The notes: a model not told the origin generated them from the sequence alone. DNA of 64,000 bases from Lepidodermella squamata (GCA_047495785.1 JBLDXI010000001.1:2914001-2978000), one strand, 5' to 3'. Shown: positions 24,420 through 37,287, counted from the first letter of the stretch. Program-made: numbers and translations.

Positions 24420-27400
24420 TTTACGTAAACATCGAGATAACGTTTCCAGACATCGATGTGTTCTTTAATAATTTCATCCTATATATGCATAATAAAAATG
24501 TGAGACATGACCATGACGAAAATAATTTTGAAGAGTGTTACAAGTGCATACCTGTGTTTTTACGCACAATAGGAGCCAAATTAGCTTGTAATATAAAAGC
24601 GGTAATTACTACACGGCGACGAGTAATTGCTGTGAAACGCGCGTTTGTACAGTAAAATTGCAATATACACCTATTGTTATTGTTGTTTTGTTTATTTAAC
24701 GCACAAAAGCAACTTCAGAGTGGCGCGACTTCATATTACCTAAAATTTATACGGAGGAAATTGGCGCAAAATTGAGCGTGTTAAAATAATAGAGATGATA
24801 AAATTGTCTGATATATATTGTATCAGATCACTCGCGCTGCAAAATGAACGCTATAAAATTTGCCCGGAAATTTTATTTTTAGCAAGTAGGGCTATAAACA
24901 AGGCGCCTGGCTGGCTTTCATTCGCTACCTATATAAAATCCAGCCAGAAAGCGCTGTATAGTAATTAATTCAATATATATAGTATATATAGTACATGGTA
25001 AGATGAGCGCCTCTTCGCTGTCAAAAGATGGTAGGGAGCCAATTGTTATATGATGGATAATAATCGACTTCCAATACATTCAGAAGATGGTCTTGATCTC
25101 GAAAATGATATAAATAATGAATAATGTCGTAGTAAGGAAATAAAAAATAGCAATTAATATGTGCATTGTTATTTAGTAAACAAGGCATCATCGAATTTTT
25201 CTATTATAGTAATAGCCGATTATTATTACACAGACGATGATAGGTGCATTTTATTGCGATGATGCGCGCGCCGCCTGTTATGGATACGCTTTCGTGCGCG
25301 CATAAAAAAAGCGCGCGTCCCGCCTTGTTTGCGCGCGCGCACATTTTGCAACATCGCTACTACTACTACTACTACAAAAACTGTGGTATAATATAGGATT
25401 TTTCTCGGCTTGCCCCGATGTTTGACTGGGCCATATTATTATAGCAATACAATAGCGGTGATGCCTTGTTATCACGCGCAATGGTTGGTTTGGTTTGGTT
25501 TTGCGGGTATTGGCCCTTAAAATTATACGGCGGCGGCTGGGCCGAGTGTGTAATTATAGTGTAATGCTACTTGTATAAAACGCGGCGATTTTAGGTTTAT
25601 AAAAACAAAACTGGCCCGATTATCGCGGCGTGGTCAAACTACCTGATGATGCTGCTGCTGCTGTCATCGTAGCCAAGACACGCGGCTAAATTTTGTTAAT
25701 TGACGCGCTCGAGTGGCAGGCGCGTGCATTCACGTAGTATTTAGGAGCAATTATTATGATATTATTATTTTATGAAAAAAATTACTCGACAAAATATAGC
25801 AGTCGGTATATAAAAATTGGTACGTTCCACCCACAGCACAGCGGGCAGCAGGTGGTAAAACTGACCATATGAGCGGCGAGCGGCAGATATAATTTCCTTA
25901 TATAATAAGAGGCCGCTCGAAAAAAAATTTGAAAATCGCACATGTGTGGCAGAAGGCCAATTATATACTACGGAGAACTGAAAAAATTCTCATAAACAAG
26001 GATTAAGGCTCCTATCACCGTAACAGCTAATGAAGAATTGATCTGTAAATAGGAAAAATAAGGATAATAAGGAAAGGATGATTCTGATAATTGGTGAGAA
26101 ATGATCGGACTGGAACCTTATTTTTGCTTTCCCGCCTTGAATTTCGCATTTAGGACATCGTTTATTTATTATTTGTCAGAATTCACTGCTTAAATAAAAA
26201 AGATTATGAAAGAAATGTCGAATTATTTAAAGGAAAAAAAATCCGAAATTTGCGTGCAAGCCGGCCGGAAATGCGGTACTAATTTTTCTCTCTCGATAAA
26301 AAAAAATCATTATAAATAATCCAGCGGAAATTAAGTTGACAAACATTAATTTCGAGCCGAAAGACTGAGCTGACCGGTGCTTGAAGCTAATTGTATGGAA
26401 ATAATAGTTGCATATATAGTGCGAAAAATTCTGATATTCGCACCTATATATTGTCGTGGTGTGAAAAACAGTTTGCCCTATATATGATATTACAGGAAAA
26501 AACTGGAAAGTTATTACCCCCAAGCGTGCTGTCCACCTCCACGCGTGTGATGTGAACGCAAAAAATAAGTCACTCACTCGCTCAATCGGCGCAGAAAAAC
26601 ACGCAAAAAAACGAACTCGTCGCATGATGAAAAGGAGAAAAATTATTATGCAAATTTTGGACACCATGCGTTATAATGTATTACTTATACAAAAAAAAGC
26701 AAATCCCGCGACAAAACGTCTATGCCTTGCGTAGTATAATAACGAATAACGGGTTCAGTAATAATTTTCATCCGTTATATTCGCACTTTTCACGCGTCAG
26801 GAGAAACGGCTGAAACGAGCGGCGACATCATCATCATCATCATTATAATCGTCAATTGACATTTTACTCGGAGAGAATAATAAAGGCCTGAAACACAACA
26901 TTTTGCGCCTCCAAAACGCGTCGCTTTTAACACGCACATTTAAATTTTCTATATATAATATAGTATAAAGTCAACAACTTTTATTTCAAAATGTGTGTCC
27001 TCTCGCTTGCTTTATATGATAAAATTCGAAAAAGTAAATAGTGTCAAGGTATTAATGGCGCTATCATTATCTGATGAGCCATTAAAAATTTTGAGAAAAA
27101 AACAGGCTGAATGATGAGAGGAATATAATAAATCCCGGCTAAACTAGATTTGATAATTACGACGCGTGGATAGAGGCGATGAGCGAGATAAAAAAAGTAA
27201 ACATTATATAATAATCTACCGCTACAAAAATGTCAAAAGGAGCATGAAGGCAGTGATAATTCTTACAAGCACGTGCCCTACCTCTTCGAACTCCAGTGGC
27301 GAAAATTCCTGTGTTTTTATCGTGATTTCTATTACAACAACACGGCTACATAGATTATAAGGGCCTTTTTCTATGAAATATACACGTATAAACATTTACT

Positions 27401-28639
27401 TTTGAAGGGTTCCGGGTTGCTGCGGCGATGAAAAATAATCAGTTGGGGGGAAAATTATCAAAAATTATCATAATACTTTATCACGATTTCTCAGTAATAT
27501 GGAAAATGGTAACAACAAATAAGGTACGAAAAACTGAGCGCTTTCTTGATAATAGTCCAATTACGTCCAGGGTAGCCAAATAATCACTGCGCCTCGATTT
27601 TTCTAACGTTTTTATCTTTCACCTCACATTTTATCGCTGTTCAATTGGTTTCACGTGGCTGTCAAGTGAAAAATACAATTTTTACCTAAATTTTAAATTT
27701 TATATAAGATTCGGAAATTTTGATATTAGTGAAATTTCTTTACTGGGGCCAATATAGGAATTTCCTTAGGAAAATACCATTTTTCACTTGATAGCTGGCT
27801 TATTTATTGTGCACTAAAAACGTTAGAGATATCTCTAAATTGTTGCGAGTCAAGTGTTTGTTATTGCGGAGGAATACTTAGAACATGCGTTTCGTTTTAA
27901 GGCGGACCAAAGTAGCTGTATACATGTGGTTTTAACGCCCGCAGTCGCGTGCTCTAAACACGCCTGATTAATGCTGGAAAAACCCCCGCAAAGACGCCAT
28001 TTTATGCGCATAGCCCGCAGGGTGAGTATAACTTTTGGATAACGTTCAGTATTTCAACGATAAACAAAGATAATAATATTATAAAGTGAACAAATAATAC
28101 ATAGTGATTTAGGACCGGAAAAAATGATGAATAAAGGGTATAGGAATTTTGTTTTGTTGTGGTCACCCTATATATTCAGATCGAAATATTTTCGTATAAT
28201 ATCATACGCGTGTGTATGCGAAAAATCAAGAATATTAAATTATAAAAAGCTCGTGGCTATTTTTGCAATTTTGTTATTCTGTTGTTATAGATTGTTGTTG
28301 ATATTGTGTTCGCTTGTTTTGCGTGCGTCTGCGTGCCGAAAATGTCACCTGCCTTAAATCTCTCATTCGCCGCCGTATATATGACTAGATGCCCAATATT
28401 ATAACGGCGGCGGCGGCTAAACAGCATCAGGGTTGAAAAACAGGAAAACAACAAAGCGATAGATAACCACGAGGTTGAGAAAAAATGCGCGTCAATTATT
28501 TTATTAGTATTTATTTCTCCGCGTTTTTTTTCCAACCAGCATCAATTTCCGAAGGTGTCAACAGTAAGTATAAAAAATTCACAGGGTAAAATGGCTAACA
28601 TCACAAAAAATAATGTTTATCACTACCGAACGATGCCAG

Positions 28640-29095
28640 TTACTTCTTCTTTTTCTTGCCGCCTTTTTTGCCTTTTTTGCCCGGGCTGCAAAAAATTTAG
28701 AAAAAATGTAGATAAAAAATCAGGAAAAAATCGAGAAAAAATCTACAAAAAATTACCTGCTACTCCGAGCACCTTTTTTGCCTTTTTTGCCCTTTGAATC
28801 GGGGCTGGGCTCACGAGGCGGATAGACTTCGACACGCCGACCCTGACATCGTCCCTGATAAGAAAAAAAAATCAAGACAAGAAATGTGAAAATAATGGTT
28901 TTACCTGGTTGCAAACTTTGCAGATTCCAGGCTCTTTTTGAAGCCCGTTGTAATCGCCTCGGTTGCACTCACGGCAGTACCGGGTGCCGCACCATTTGCA
29001 CATGAAGGTCTGGCGAAAAATGGCGAAAATATTTTCGAGATCGAAATCTTGTTTAAACATACCGAGGCATTTTCTTCACAGCCCCACCTGCACAT
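28640..29095 (-). CDS. Small (~93 aa) Cys-rich putative zinc-binding protein with a Lys/Gly-rich tail, 4 exons
   Basis: Exons 29095-29063, 29009-28905, 28854-28757, 28685-28640 splice in frame to MCRWGCEENASTFMCKWCGTRYCRECNRGDYNGLQKEPGICKVCNQGRCQGRRVEVYPPREPSPDSKGKKGKKGARSSSPGKKGKKGGKKKKK. The start codon is uncertain. Confidence 0.75.
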
Positions 29096-30099
29096 TCCGA
29101 AAAATTTGAAATTACCTGCACACTATAATATAAAATATATTGTAGGGCGGATTTTTGATAAAAAGCGGTAAATAATTTTTGGAAAAATTTGTTTACTAGC
29201 TGGTTAGCAAATGGCGATCTACTACATTGATAGGCTGTAAATTTTTTATCGACATATCGTCCTCACTATGGCACCCAGGTGGCGCTTACGCCGATAAAGT
29301 TGTATCACCCAACAACAAAAACATGTGTAGTAAATTATCGAGAATCATCATCGGAAAAATTGGCGATACATTCCTATAGTATAATATTGTAGTATTTGCA
29401 TACCTAATGATCAGGGCTTTGTATTTCGTATACGTGCGATTAATACACCTGATGTATATAGTGAGCCCGCCGTTGGTTTGGAGACCACGCGTCCAAAAAA
29501 ATGCCTATGCTGTACGGCATTCATTTCTTCTCAATAGCGGCGATCGATTCATCTCAGTTTTAGGTGCGGCTATATACTATTATTTGATGCATCCTTTATT
29601 TTTGGCGACATTTATAAATTAAACTTTACGCTACTACAACGACAGCGAATTTTTCTTTTTATGCAGGGGAATTTCGAGGGATTTTTTTCTGAGTCGAAAA
29701 AAAATCTGAAATAAAACCAAAAATAAGAAATAAAAGCTGGAGAGTATAATTCTAGCTTTCAATATTTTTTCCAATTTTTTAAATTTCGCAAAATTCAGAG
29801 ATTTTGAATTTTCGAATTTCGAACAGCCGTCTGGATACTGGAAATCGACAATTTTAATTTTCAGCTGTCGATGAGAGATTTTTAAATGTTGGAAAATCCT
29901 ATATTGGTACAGAATCCTGAAGTTCTGAAAGCCTCGAATTAATTCGGAATTGCTCCGAAGTTTCATGCTCGAGTTCTTTTTACAATCCAGGTGTTGTCGA
30001 AAATAAAAACCGGTGGATATGCGGAATAGGTCAATCAACCGTGAACGGTATTTTACCGTGAAATTACTATCATGAAAGGCTCCAATATTCAACTGAATC

Positions 30100-31972
30100 A
30101 TGGAACTGTTCAAGCTGGTTTCCCTTTTCCTCTTGGCATGTGTTACTTCAATTTCGGAAGCTGAACAGCATCCTTGCAGTCTATCAAATGTCCCTTACAT
30201 GCCTAATGGAAAAGTTATCGGTCCATTAAATGCTGCTAATAGTCAAACAGAACGCCGAGTAGTCTGCAGCCCGGGCTATGAACTAGCCTCAGCACAAGGA
30301 ATCGGAGATAAACACATCCAGTGCTCCCCAATTGGCGGTTTTTGGATGGTCTATGTTGAGTGTAGACGAAAGATGCCGAATGACTTGACCTGTCCTTGCA
30401 ATTCCGAGTTTTACACTGTCGAATTTACGAAAACGTGCCCGCAGGATCGGAGTTACGGGACATATCTATGCGACCGGAAGCCGGATAGGTACTGTGAATG
30501 CAAGTTTGCTCTGAATGCGACGAATACTTGTGAAGAAGCCCAAGAATCGGATCGATACACGTGCCAAATCACTCAGCGGGAAAATTTAGGAATCGAAGCA
30601 GTAGCCAGTGATGGTATAAAAATGGACGAGTTTAGATCAAATTAAAAAAATCTGAATTTCGATTTTAGATCTTTCTGGAATTGAATGGGCTATAAGTGTT
30701 GGGTTCGACGTCGATTCTCGGCATAATGGGACAGATGCGACGCCTTTATTATCAGCTGTTTACTACGACTTTATACCTCCCGATCATTCTCGAATCGATT
30801 TAATCCGTAAATTAATCGAATTAGGCGCTGATGTCAACTCACGCGTTTTAAGGTGGAAGGATGAAATTGACATTGGAGATTCTCCCCTTTTTATCGCCGT
30901 CAAAAATAACCGATACGAAGTTGTAGATCTATTGTTGAAGAGCGGAGCCGATTTTAACCAGCGGCACATAGGAATGGATGGATATACCCCTTTACATATC
31001 GCCAGGGCTAATCGATTTGAGGCTATTGCTAACCTGCTGATTTCAGCCGGGGCAGATCCGACCACCTTGGCTTTGGATGGGCTGAAACCTGATGATTTCT
31101 CGCTAGGGCCGAAATGCAACCGTCGGCTGTATGACGATATCGCTAGCATGCCTTATTTCACGTCCCTAGGCTACGAAATACTGGAGGATTCGGAGAAGCT
31201 TGATGTATCAATTTGCGGCAATCATTGCCGCCATTCAACTCTGACCAGGGTCCGATTGACTGGCGAAGGATCTTTCAACCAAACAATCGATGTCTGCACC
31301 TGTGAGAACAGTACTAACACCCTTCATGAACTCATGTCCGGGGTGAAAATGGTTCCTTACCCTTTAAGGCGGAGGATCCACCTGATCGGGACAATTAGTC
31401 AGAGATGGTACGAGGAGGGCTCTACTCCGCGTGTTTTCACCAACGGAAGCCGCATAACCTTTGCAGCCCCGAGAAGTTCTAGTTCTTTGGTTCACTGGCT
31501 TCGAGAAGCTTTAAGTCCTATGGTTACTAAAGAGTTGATTTTTGAGTACTCGAAGGCTGTTGCTAGGGACGAATGTGTTGCAGCTTCTGGGAAGGATTCA
31601 AAGATGAGTAGTTCACTATGCTCATCAAATAGAAACCTAACAGATTACATGGCGGAAGTTGTTAAGGTTTTGACATTCAAAGCGATGAGCGGTGAGAAAA
31701 CTTCATTCTACGACTGCATGAGCCATCAAACGGCGTTGCTGTCGAGATTACTGCCCTTAGCTCAAATGTCTCTAGGATTCGAGGTGAAGCCTACTTTGCT
31801 GAAAACAACGACCAGCACTCATGCAGATCTGACGACGTCTACTCTGCAGACAGCGAATTCGGAAGCGTCCACAGTTCGTCAACTTTTTACTACTACTTCA
31901 TCCCAAGCGCCAACGTTGAGTTCCCAGCAACCTGATAACGAGTACGAGTACGATAATCAAGGCAATCAGTGA
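30100..31972 (+). CDS. Signal peptide + sushi-like/Cys-rich region + ankyrin repeats + unknown domain + S/T-rich tail (2 exons, ~605 aa)
   Basis: Exons 30100-30613 and 30669-31972 join across a 55-nt phase-1 GT-AG intron. Signal peptide MELFKLVSLFLLACVTSISEA; CCP-like C..P.MPNG...VCSPGYEL..IQC..W..C; ankyrin motifs TPLLSAV..LIELGADVN, SPLFIAV..LLKSGADFN, TPLHIAR..LISAGADP. Confidence 0.8.
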
Positions 31973-32274
31973 TTTGACCAGAGTTACGAAATACCGAGTT
32001 ATCCTTTCGTTTTTTGGTCTGACCTTCATATGCTTTCCACTACTGACCTATAATCAACGTAATTAGTAAGGAAATGCAGGTATTTTCTCCTTATTTTCTC
32101 AAGGGGAAAGCTGGCAAGAGATCGCTAGTTGCTCTCATCTACGAAGTTTCCCCTATCCAGTTTCGAAGTCAAAATGGAATAAAGAATAGAATTATAAAAA
32201 TGTTGTTGATCTGTGCGAAATTTTAGCGTTGGAAACCTTAACTCAACTTTTTAATGATCGCGCGACTGCGCGAA

Positions 32275-32529
32275 GGTGATTCTTTCTGAAATTGACCAAT
32301 GAATCATCGGCTTGCTCACCCAACATTTAAAACCCCGATTTTTTCATGCCAACATCTTCAGCACACTCGAATCGATCAATTTGAGACTTTGGAAGCCGAG
32401 TTTATCTTTAAGCACCTGAGTGATGGAAAAGGGGTCTAATTTGCGAAATTTTGGAACACAATTGTTTTCGTCTTACTTTACTGAAGCTGAAGCTCATGAT
32501 TCATCGGTCGATTTCACAAAGAATGGACC
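32275..32529. mobile_element. Old MITE-like element with ~33-bp imperfect TIRs
   Basis: GGTGATTCTTTCTGAAATTGACCAATGAATCAT versus the reverse complement of 32496-32529, GGTCCATTCTTTGTGAAATCGACCGATGAATCAT. Confidence 0.6.
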
Positions 32530-33197
32530 CATAATCAGGCCATAATGGGTCAACGAGGTCAAAACCCTCTGAAGCAGTGTAGCAATGGATGATTGTGACA
32601 TAGGGTACTTTCAATGTTTGCCTCAAAGATTTCTGATATCGAAAATATCCTGAGTTGTGAAATGATACTTGGAATCTCTGCAGGCTGAAGTATTTCTCGC
32701 AAACTACATGCTGTTAGCCCAAAATAAACGTAACATAGTTTGGACATCGAATAACTCGATAACCTTATTTTGGAAAAATGCATTTGCTAGAGCCTCAAAG
32801 TTAGTGCTGGATGGAGCCCTCAATTTAGGGTCCCCGCTTGGAAAGCTGAACTAAAATCTCAAACTAAGATGTTTCACTTAACTGGAAATTTCTCACTGGG
32901 ATAATTATAGAAGATTCAAGGCTCAATGCAAAATTCGCAGAATTAAAGTTACTTTACCCAATTTTACCAGGTCAAAAAAACGAAGCTTTTAAAATGTGTG
33001 CGTTCTTTTATTCAAGCGATCATATAATATCTTTTTGGCAAAGGACTTATTATATTCAAGGTAAAGCGATTCATACAATTGATGGACAACACGCATGGTG
33101 GTAACGCTGATGACAATTGGATGGAACACTTTAAATCATATCACACTTATCATTTAAAGTCATTTAAAGTTCTTGTTTTGACAACTGGAAAAATAAC

Positions 33198-36100
33198 TTA
33201 GTACTTCTTGCTGGACTTCTTCGACTCGCGCTCGGCCTTGGACGGGTAGCGGCGAGACTTCTTGTCCTTCTTGTCCTTCTTGTCTTTCTTATCCTTGTTC
33301 TTCTTGTCCTTCTTGTCCTTGCGCTCCTTACGGTCCTTACGGTCCTTCTTGTCCTTCTTCGAGACGACCTCCTCGCTGGATTCCTCGTCCTTCTTGGACG
33401 ACTTCTTGGTCGAGACTTCCTCGCTAGAGTCATCAGACTTCTTGGAGTACTTCTTGGACGACTTCTTGGAGACCTTCTTCGACGACGACTTCTTCGAGTA
33501 CTTGGACTTTTCGTGCGAGACGTCGATTTCCTCATCGTCATCGGACTTCTTGGAGAGGCGGGCGAGGACATCCTCGAGGTCGTACTTGTCCTTGGGGCTC
33601 AGGCGCTTGGCACGGCGAGATTCGGCCTTCTTGACGAGGACGGCGCGGGTCGAGCGGCGGGTGTACGGGCAGGAGGGCGACTTCTTCTTCTTGTCTTCCT
33701 CCTCATCCTCATCACGGTCCTCGGACTTGCGGTTGACCTGGAATCATTTAGTAAATTACTGAAAATTCTCAATAGGAAAATACTCACCTCAGACATGTCA
33801 CGGAGGAACTGCTCGAAGTCGGCCTTCTTGTTATCACGACGGCCCTGAAATTAAAAAAATTTTAAATTAAAAAGAATTTTAAATTTGACAGAAGTTTGGA
33901 ATTTTTTAAATTATATTTTAAAATTGAAAAACTTTTTTAAATTTAAAAAAATTTAAAAAAATTAAATTTTTTTTTTAATTCTGAAATTTGAATTTTTTTT
34001 CAATTTATGGTGAAGAATTACCTTGCGTTCAGCGACAACGATCTTTTCGAAGCTCTTCTTGGCAATGAAGTACTTGGGAGTGAAGCGGCCCCAGGCAACC
34101 TCGTCGAGGAGCTCTTCATCATCGACTTCGGTCTCATCCTTCTTGTCCTTCTTGTCCTTCTTGTCGCGCTTTTCCTTGCGGGATTCCTCGTCGCTAGAGT
34201 CCTTCTTCGACGACTTCTTGGTGTCCTTCGACTTCTTGCTGTCCTTCTTGGATTTCTTCGACTTCTTGCTGTCTTCCTCGCTGGATTCAACAGACTTCTT
34301 CGACGACTTCTTCGATGACTTCTTGCTGTCCTTGGGCTGGCGGCGGAGCTCCTCGCTGGATTCGCCAGAATCGTCCTTGGACTTCTTGACGATCAGACGG
34401 CCCTTGCGGTCAACACGCTGGAAAAAATTGGAATAGAATTTTGCGAATTTTTCGGGATTGTTCACTCACCTTGCTGTCCTTCTTGCTCTTCTTGTCGTGC
34501 TTGCCGAACTTGGCCATGCGGCGCTCTTCCTCGCTGGATTCGCCAGACTCGTCGTCGGACTTCTTGCTGTGCTTCTTCGAGTGCTTCTTGTCCTTGCGGT
34601 CCTTCTTGTCGCTGCGGCGAGCTTCCTCCTCGCTGCGGTCCTTGCGGTCCTTCTTCGACTTCTTGTCGCACTTCTTCTCCTCCTCGCTAGAGTCAACGTC
34701 ACGGCGGCACTTCTTCGATTTGCGCTCATCTTCACGCTCGTCATCACGGCGGCGGACCTTGAAAGGAAAAATTATGAAAAAATTAAACAAAAAATATTCG
34801 AATAACTCACAAGGCTGAGGAGGTCATCTTGGTCACGCTTGATCGAGCGGATGTACTCCTAATTAAAAAAAAACATAATAATTTCGTACAAAAACGTTTA
34901 CTAGTTGTGAATAAACTTTCGAAAACAATCAAAGTAATAAAGAAAACTGCGTGTTTTTAATAACATGTTGTCATATTTTTGAGAAAAATTATTTTTAATA
35001 ACGATTGATTAGTTGAAACAGGACGCAGATTGCCAGCAAGTATAAACTGAAATTATTGCCGTCAGCGCTGTTAGGATCGTCGATGTAGTCGTAGTTGGGA
35101 TCCGCGGCGTTAGACATCATATCAGGCGATTCGAAAATGACCACGCCACCAGGTTGTGATTGAATGATTTTGACCTTGTTTTGCTGAGCTTTCATCGCTT
35201 CATCCTCACGTTGTTTGCGCTCGAGCTCGTCGAATCGAGCTCGGCGTTCTTGGATCGCCTTGGCTTGGCCGAAAAGCGGCGCTCTAGCCGAGCCGTTCTT
35301 CTTCGAAGCTTCACCAGCCATTTGCATTGCAGCGACGAGGAGTGGGGACAAGTCCGGAATTTGGGACACTGGGATCCCACTGCCACCCGTGGCGCCCAGG
35401 GCGAACATGGAAAAGGCTGCGTCGATCAGGTTACGGTCCAGTAGAGGGAGACGGGGCGCGTTCGGATCGGGCAGAGTCGCATTTTCGCCACAGGCCAGTT
35501 TCAAATTGGCGGTTAGATACTGCTCAATCGATACAAGCGGCGCCCTCTTTGGGTGATTAATTTAGGGTGATTTTTAGCATCATCGCGATGACGGAGAATT
35601 TTGAAAAAAATTTAATATGAAAATGTAAAATTCAGACCTTCATGGTGGAGAGTTCGCTCTCAGTGATGTCGCAGGTGTCGCGGCTCATGCGGCGGGCGCT
35701 CGGGGTCGGGCGGACAACGCGTTGGCGCAGCTTCATGTCGGCCTCGGACGGGTGAACGAAGGCGTTGGCAGCAGCGCGGCTCAGGGCGAAGGTCAGGGTG
35801 GCGGCATCATCACCGCAGGCGGCCTGGCTCGAGTGGGTCAACAGGTTGGTGAGGCGGCGGGCGAGGTCGCAGGACACGCTGGGGCAGGCGTCGAAGTCGA
35901 ACTGGGCCAGGTAGCGGTAGTCGGCGACCAGGCGCTCGTTGGCGACGATCGAGTCGAGTTGGCATTGCTGGAATTCGATCTTGGGGACTTCCTCAACACG
36001 GTTGCAGAACTCTTAAAAATTGACAAATTTAAGCCATTTTTGGGAATTTCGAATTCAGAAATTTTAAATTTTTCAAATTTTCTAATTAATTTTCAAATTT

Positions 36101-36842
36101 TTTTAAATCAATTTTCTAAATGTTCCAATTAATTTTCCAATTTTCCAAATAATTTTTTTAAATTTTCCAACTAAATTATTTGAATAATTTTGAATTAATT
36201 TTGAAAATTATGCGAAAATTACCGATGACGAAGGTGCTCATCTCTTCGAGCTGGAGCGGGCTGATGGTCATGTCCTGGATGGCCGGGATGGGCATAGCCT
36301 TGAAGATCTTGTTGATGACGTCGACGACGGTCTTGGTGTCGAAGCACTCGAGCCAGTCACCGCCGAGGCACTTGTTGAAGTCGTTGAACTTGCGGCAAGC
36401 GGCAACGACGATCTTGGCCGGAGCATCGAGGCGACCAGCGCTGATCGACTATTAAAATTAAAATTAATAAAAAAACAGGATTTTTTTTGTAATTATTTAC
36501 AGCAAGGATGGACTCGGTGTCGATGCGCTCAGCGGTGGCGTTGAACGAGGTCAGCTTGTCGATGCACGAGAAGACGTCGCACTTGCGATCGTGGACGGAC
36601 TTCTTGGGCTGTTCGCGGCGTTCCTTCTCGGCATCAGGGCGGGGCGACGACGTGCGGAGGGCCTCACGGAGTTCCTCCTCGATGGCCTTCTTCGCCTGGG
36701 TAAGATCCTCGCTCAGCTTCTGCAGCTGTTCGATGTCGGACTGTTCAGCAGGGGTGATTTGAACGTGGTCGTCGTCGGTCTTGTCGACGATGGAGGCCGA
36801 AACGGCTGCTACGCAGAGCAGCATAGAAATAATAACCTTCAT
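33198..36842 (-). CDS. Secreted protein, ~756 aa, 8 exons: signal peptide, helical Cys-rich domain, long Lys/Asp/Ser/Glu/Arg-rich low-complexity C-terminal half
   Basis: Exons 36842-36501, 36448-36223, 36011-35638, 34858-34811, 34757-34470, 34417-34022, 33844-33788, 33737-33198 total 2271 nt in frame. Very strong codon bias (AAG, GAC, TCC/TCG, CGC). Repeated KKSSKK, [DE]SSEE and KKDKKD motifs. Confidence 0.88.
34995..35546 (-). CDS. Coding segment inside intron 3 of the K/D/S-rich gene: candidate alternative terminal exon with a GPI-anchor-like C-terminus
   Basis: Open frame of 183 codons after the AG at 35548-35547, in phase with the upstream exon (..STMK|RAPLVSIEQYL..). Ends NSADGNNFSLYLLAICVLFQLINRY*, followed by ATTAAA hexamers. 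Confidence 0.5.
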   Translation of the reverse strand, partial: RAPLVSIEQYLTANLKLACGENATLPDPNAPRLPLLDRNLIDAAFSMFALGATGGSGIPVSQIPDLSPLLVAAMQMAGEASKKNGSARAPLFGQAKAIQERRARFDELERKQREDEAMKAQQNKVKIIQSQPGGVVIFESPDMMSNAADPNYDYIDDPNSADGNNFSLYLLAICVLFQLINRY

Positions 36843-36901
36843 ACTTGTTTTGTTTGTTGATAAAACAATTTAATTAGTAGTAGTATTGGTAAAACTAAGA
36901 T

Positions 36902-36941
36902 AACTGATATTGTTTTGATCGCGATGGCAGGGTGTTTTAAA
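36902..36941 (-). promoter_or_regulatory. Candidate TATA-like box plus Initiator core promoter of the K/D/S-rich gene
   Basis: Minus-strand TTTAAAA (36941-36935) lies 30-36 nt upstream of TCAGTT (Inr consensus, A at 36905), which is ~60 nt upstream of the ATG. Confidence 0.4.
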
Positions 36942-37287
36942 GGCCGGCGGCGAACGCGTGCCATCAAAGCTGCTCCTACGCCGCCATGTTGCGCAATACT
37001 AGCGCCACTATTTGCGCGGAGAAATTTCAGCGCCACGGCACGCGATTTTTCGCCGCACGCGACTAGTCTGCAACACGTTTATTTCGAAGAGTGAAAAAAT
37101 ATTTGAACCCGAAGAAAAAGACGAGGTTAATTTTATTTATATCCAATCGTGACCTAATTATTCACAAAAAATTACTACAAGCACGCTTTCACACACAATA
37201 AAAATTATTGAACATGAATTTTATGAATTAAATTAAAACATTAAATATTTTCGAAAATTCTTTCATTTGTGACCTATATCTCGCCGT

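Noticed and set aside
24420-28600. Many short ORFs and CG-rich patches upstream of the semaphorin
   Set aside because: Low-complexity AT-rich composition without coding signal; most likely 5' UTR introns and regulatory DNA. No specific site can be supported.
29086-29125. 7-nt micro-exon TGTGCAG upstream of the Cys-rich gene (ACCTGCACA occurs twice)
   Set aside because: It would need a 28-nt intron, well below the ~47-nt minimum seen elsewhere in the window.
33164-34818. Arg/Ser-rich protamine-like and Leu/Phe/Ser-rich ORFs in the track
   Set aside because: Alternative frames and antisense of the K/D/S-rich exons; splice phases support only the Lys/Asp/Ser frame.
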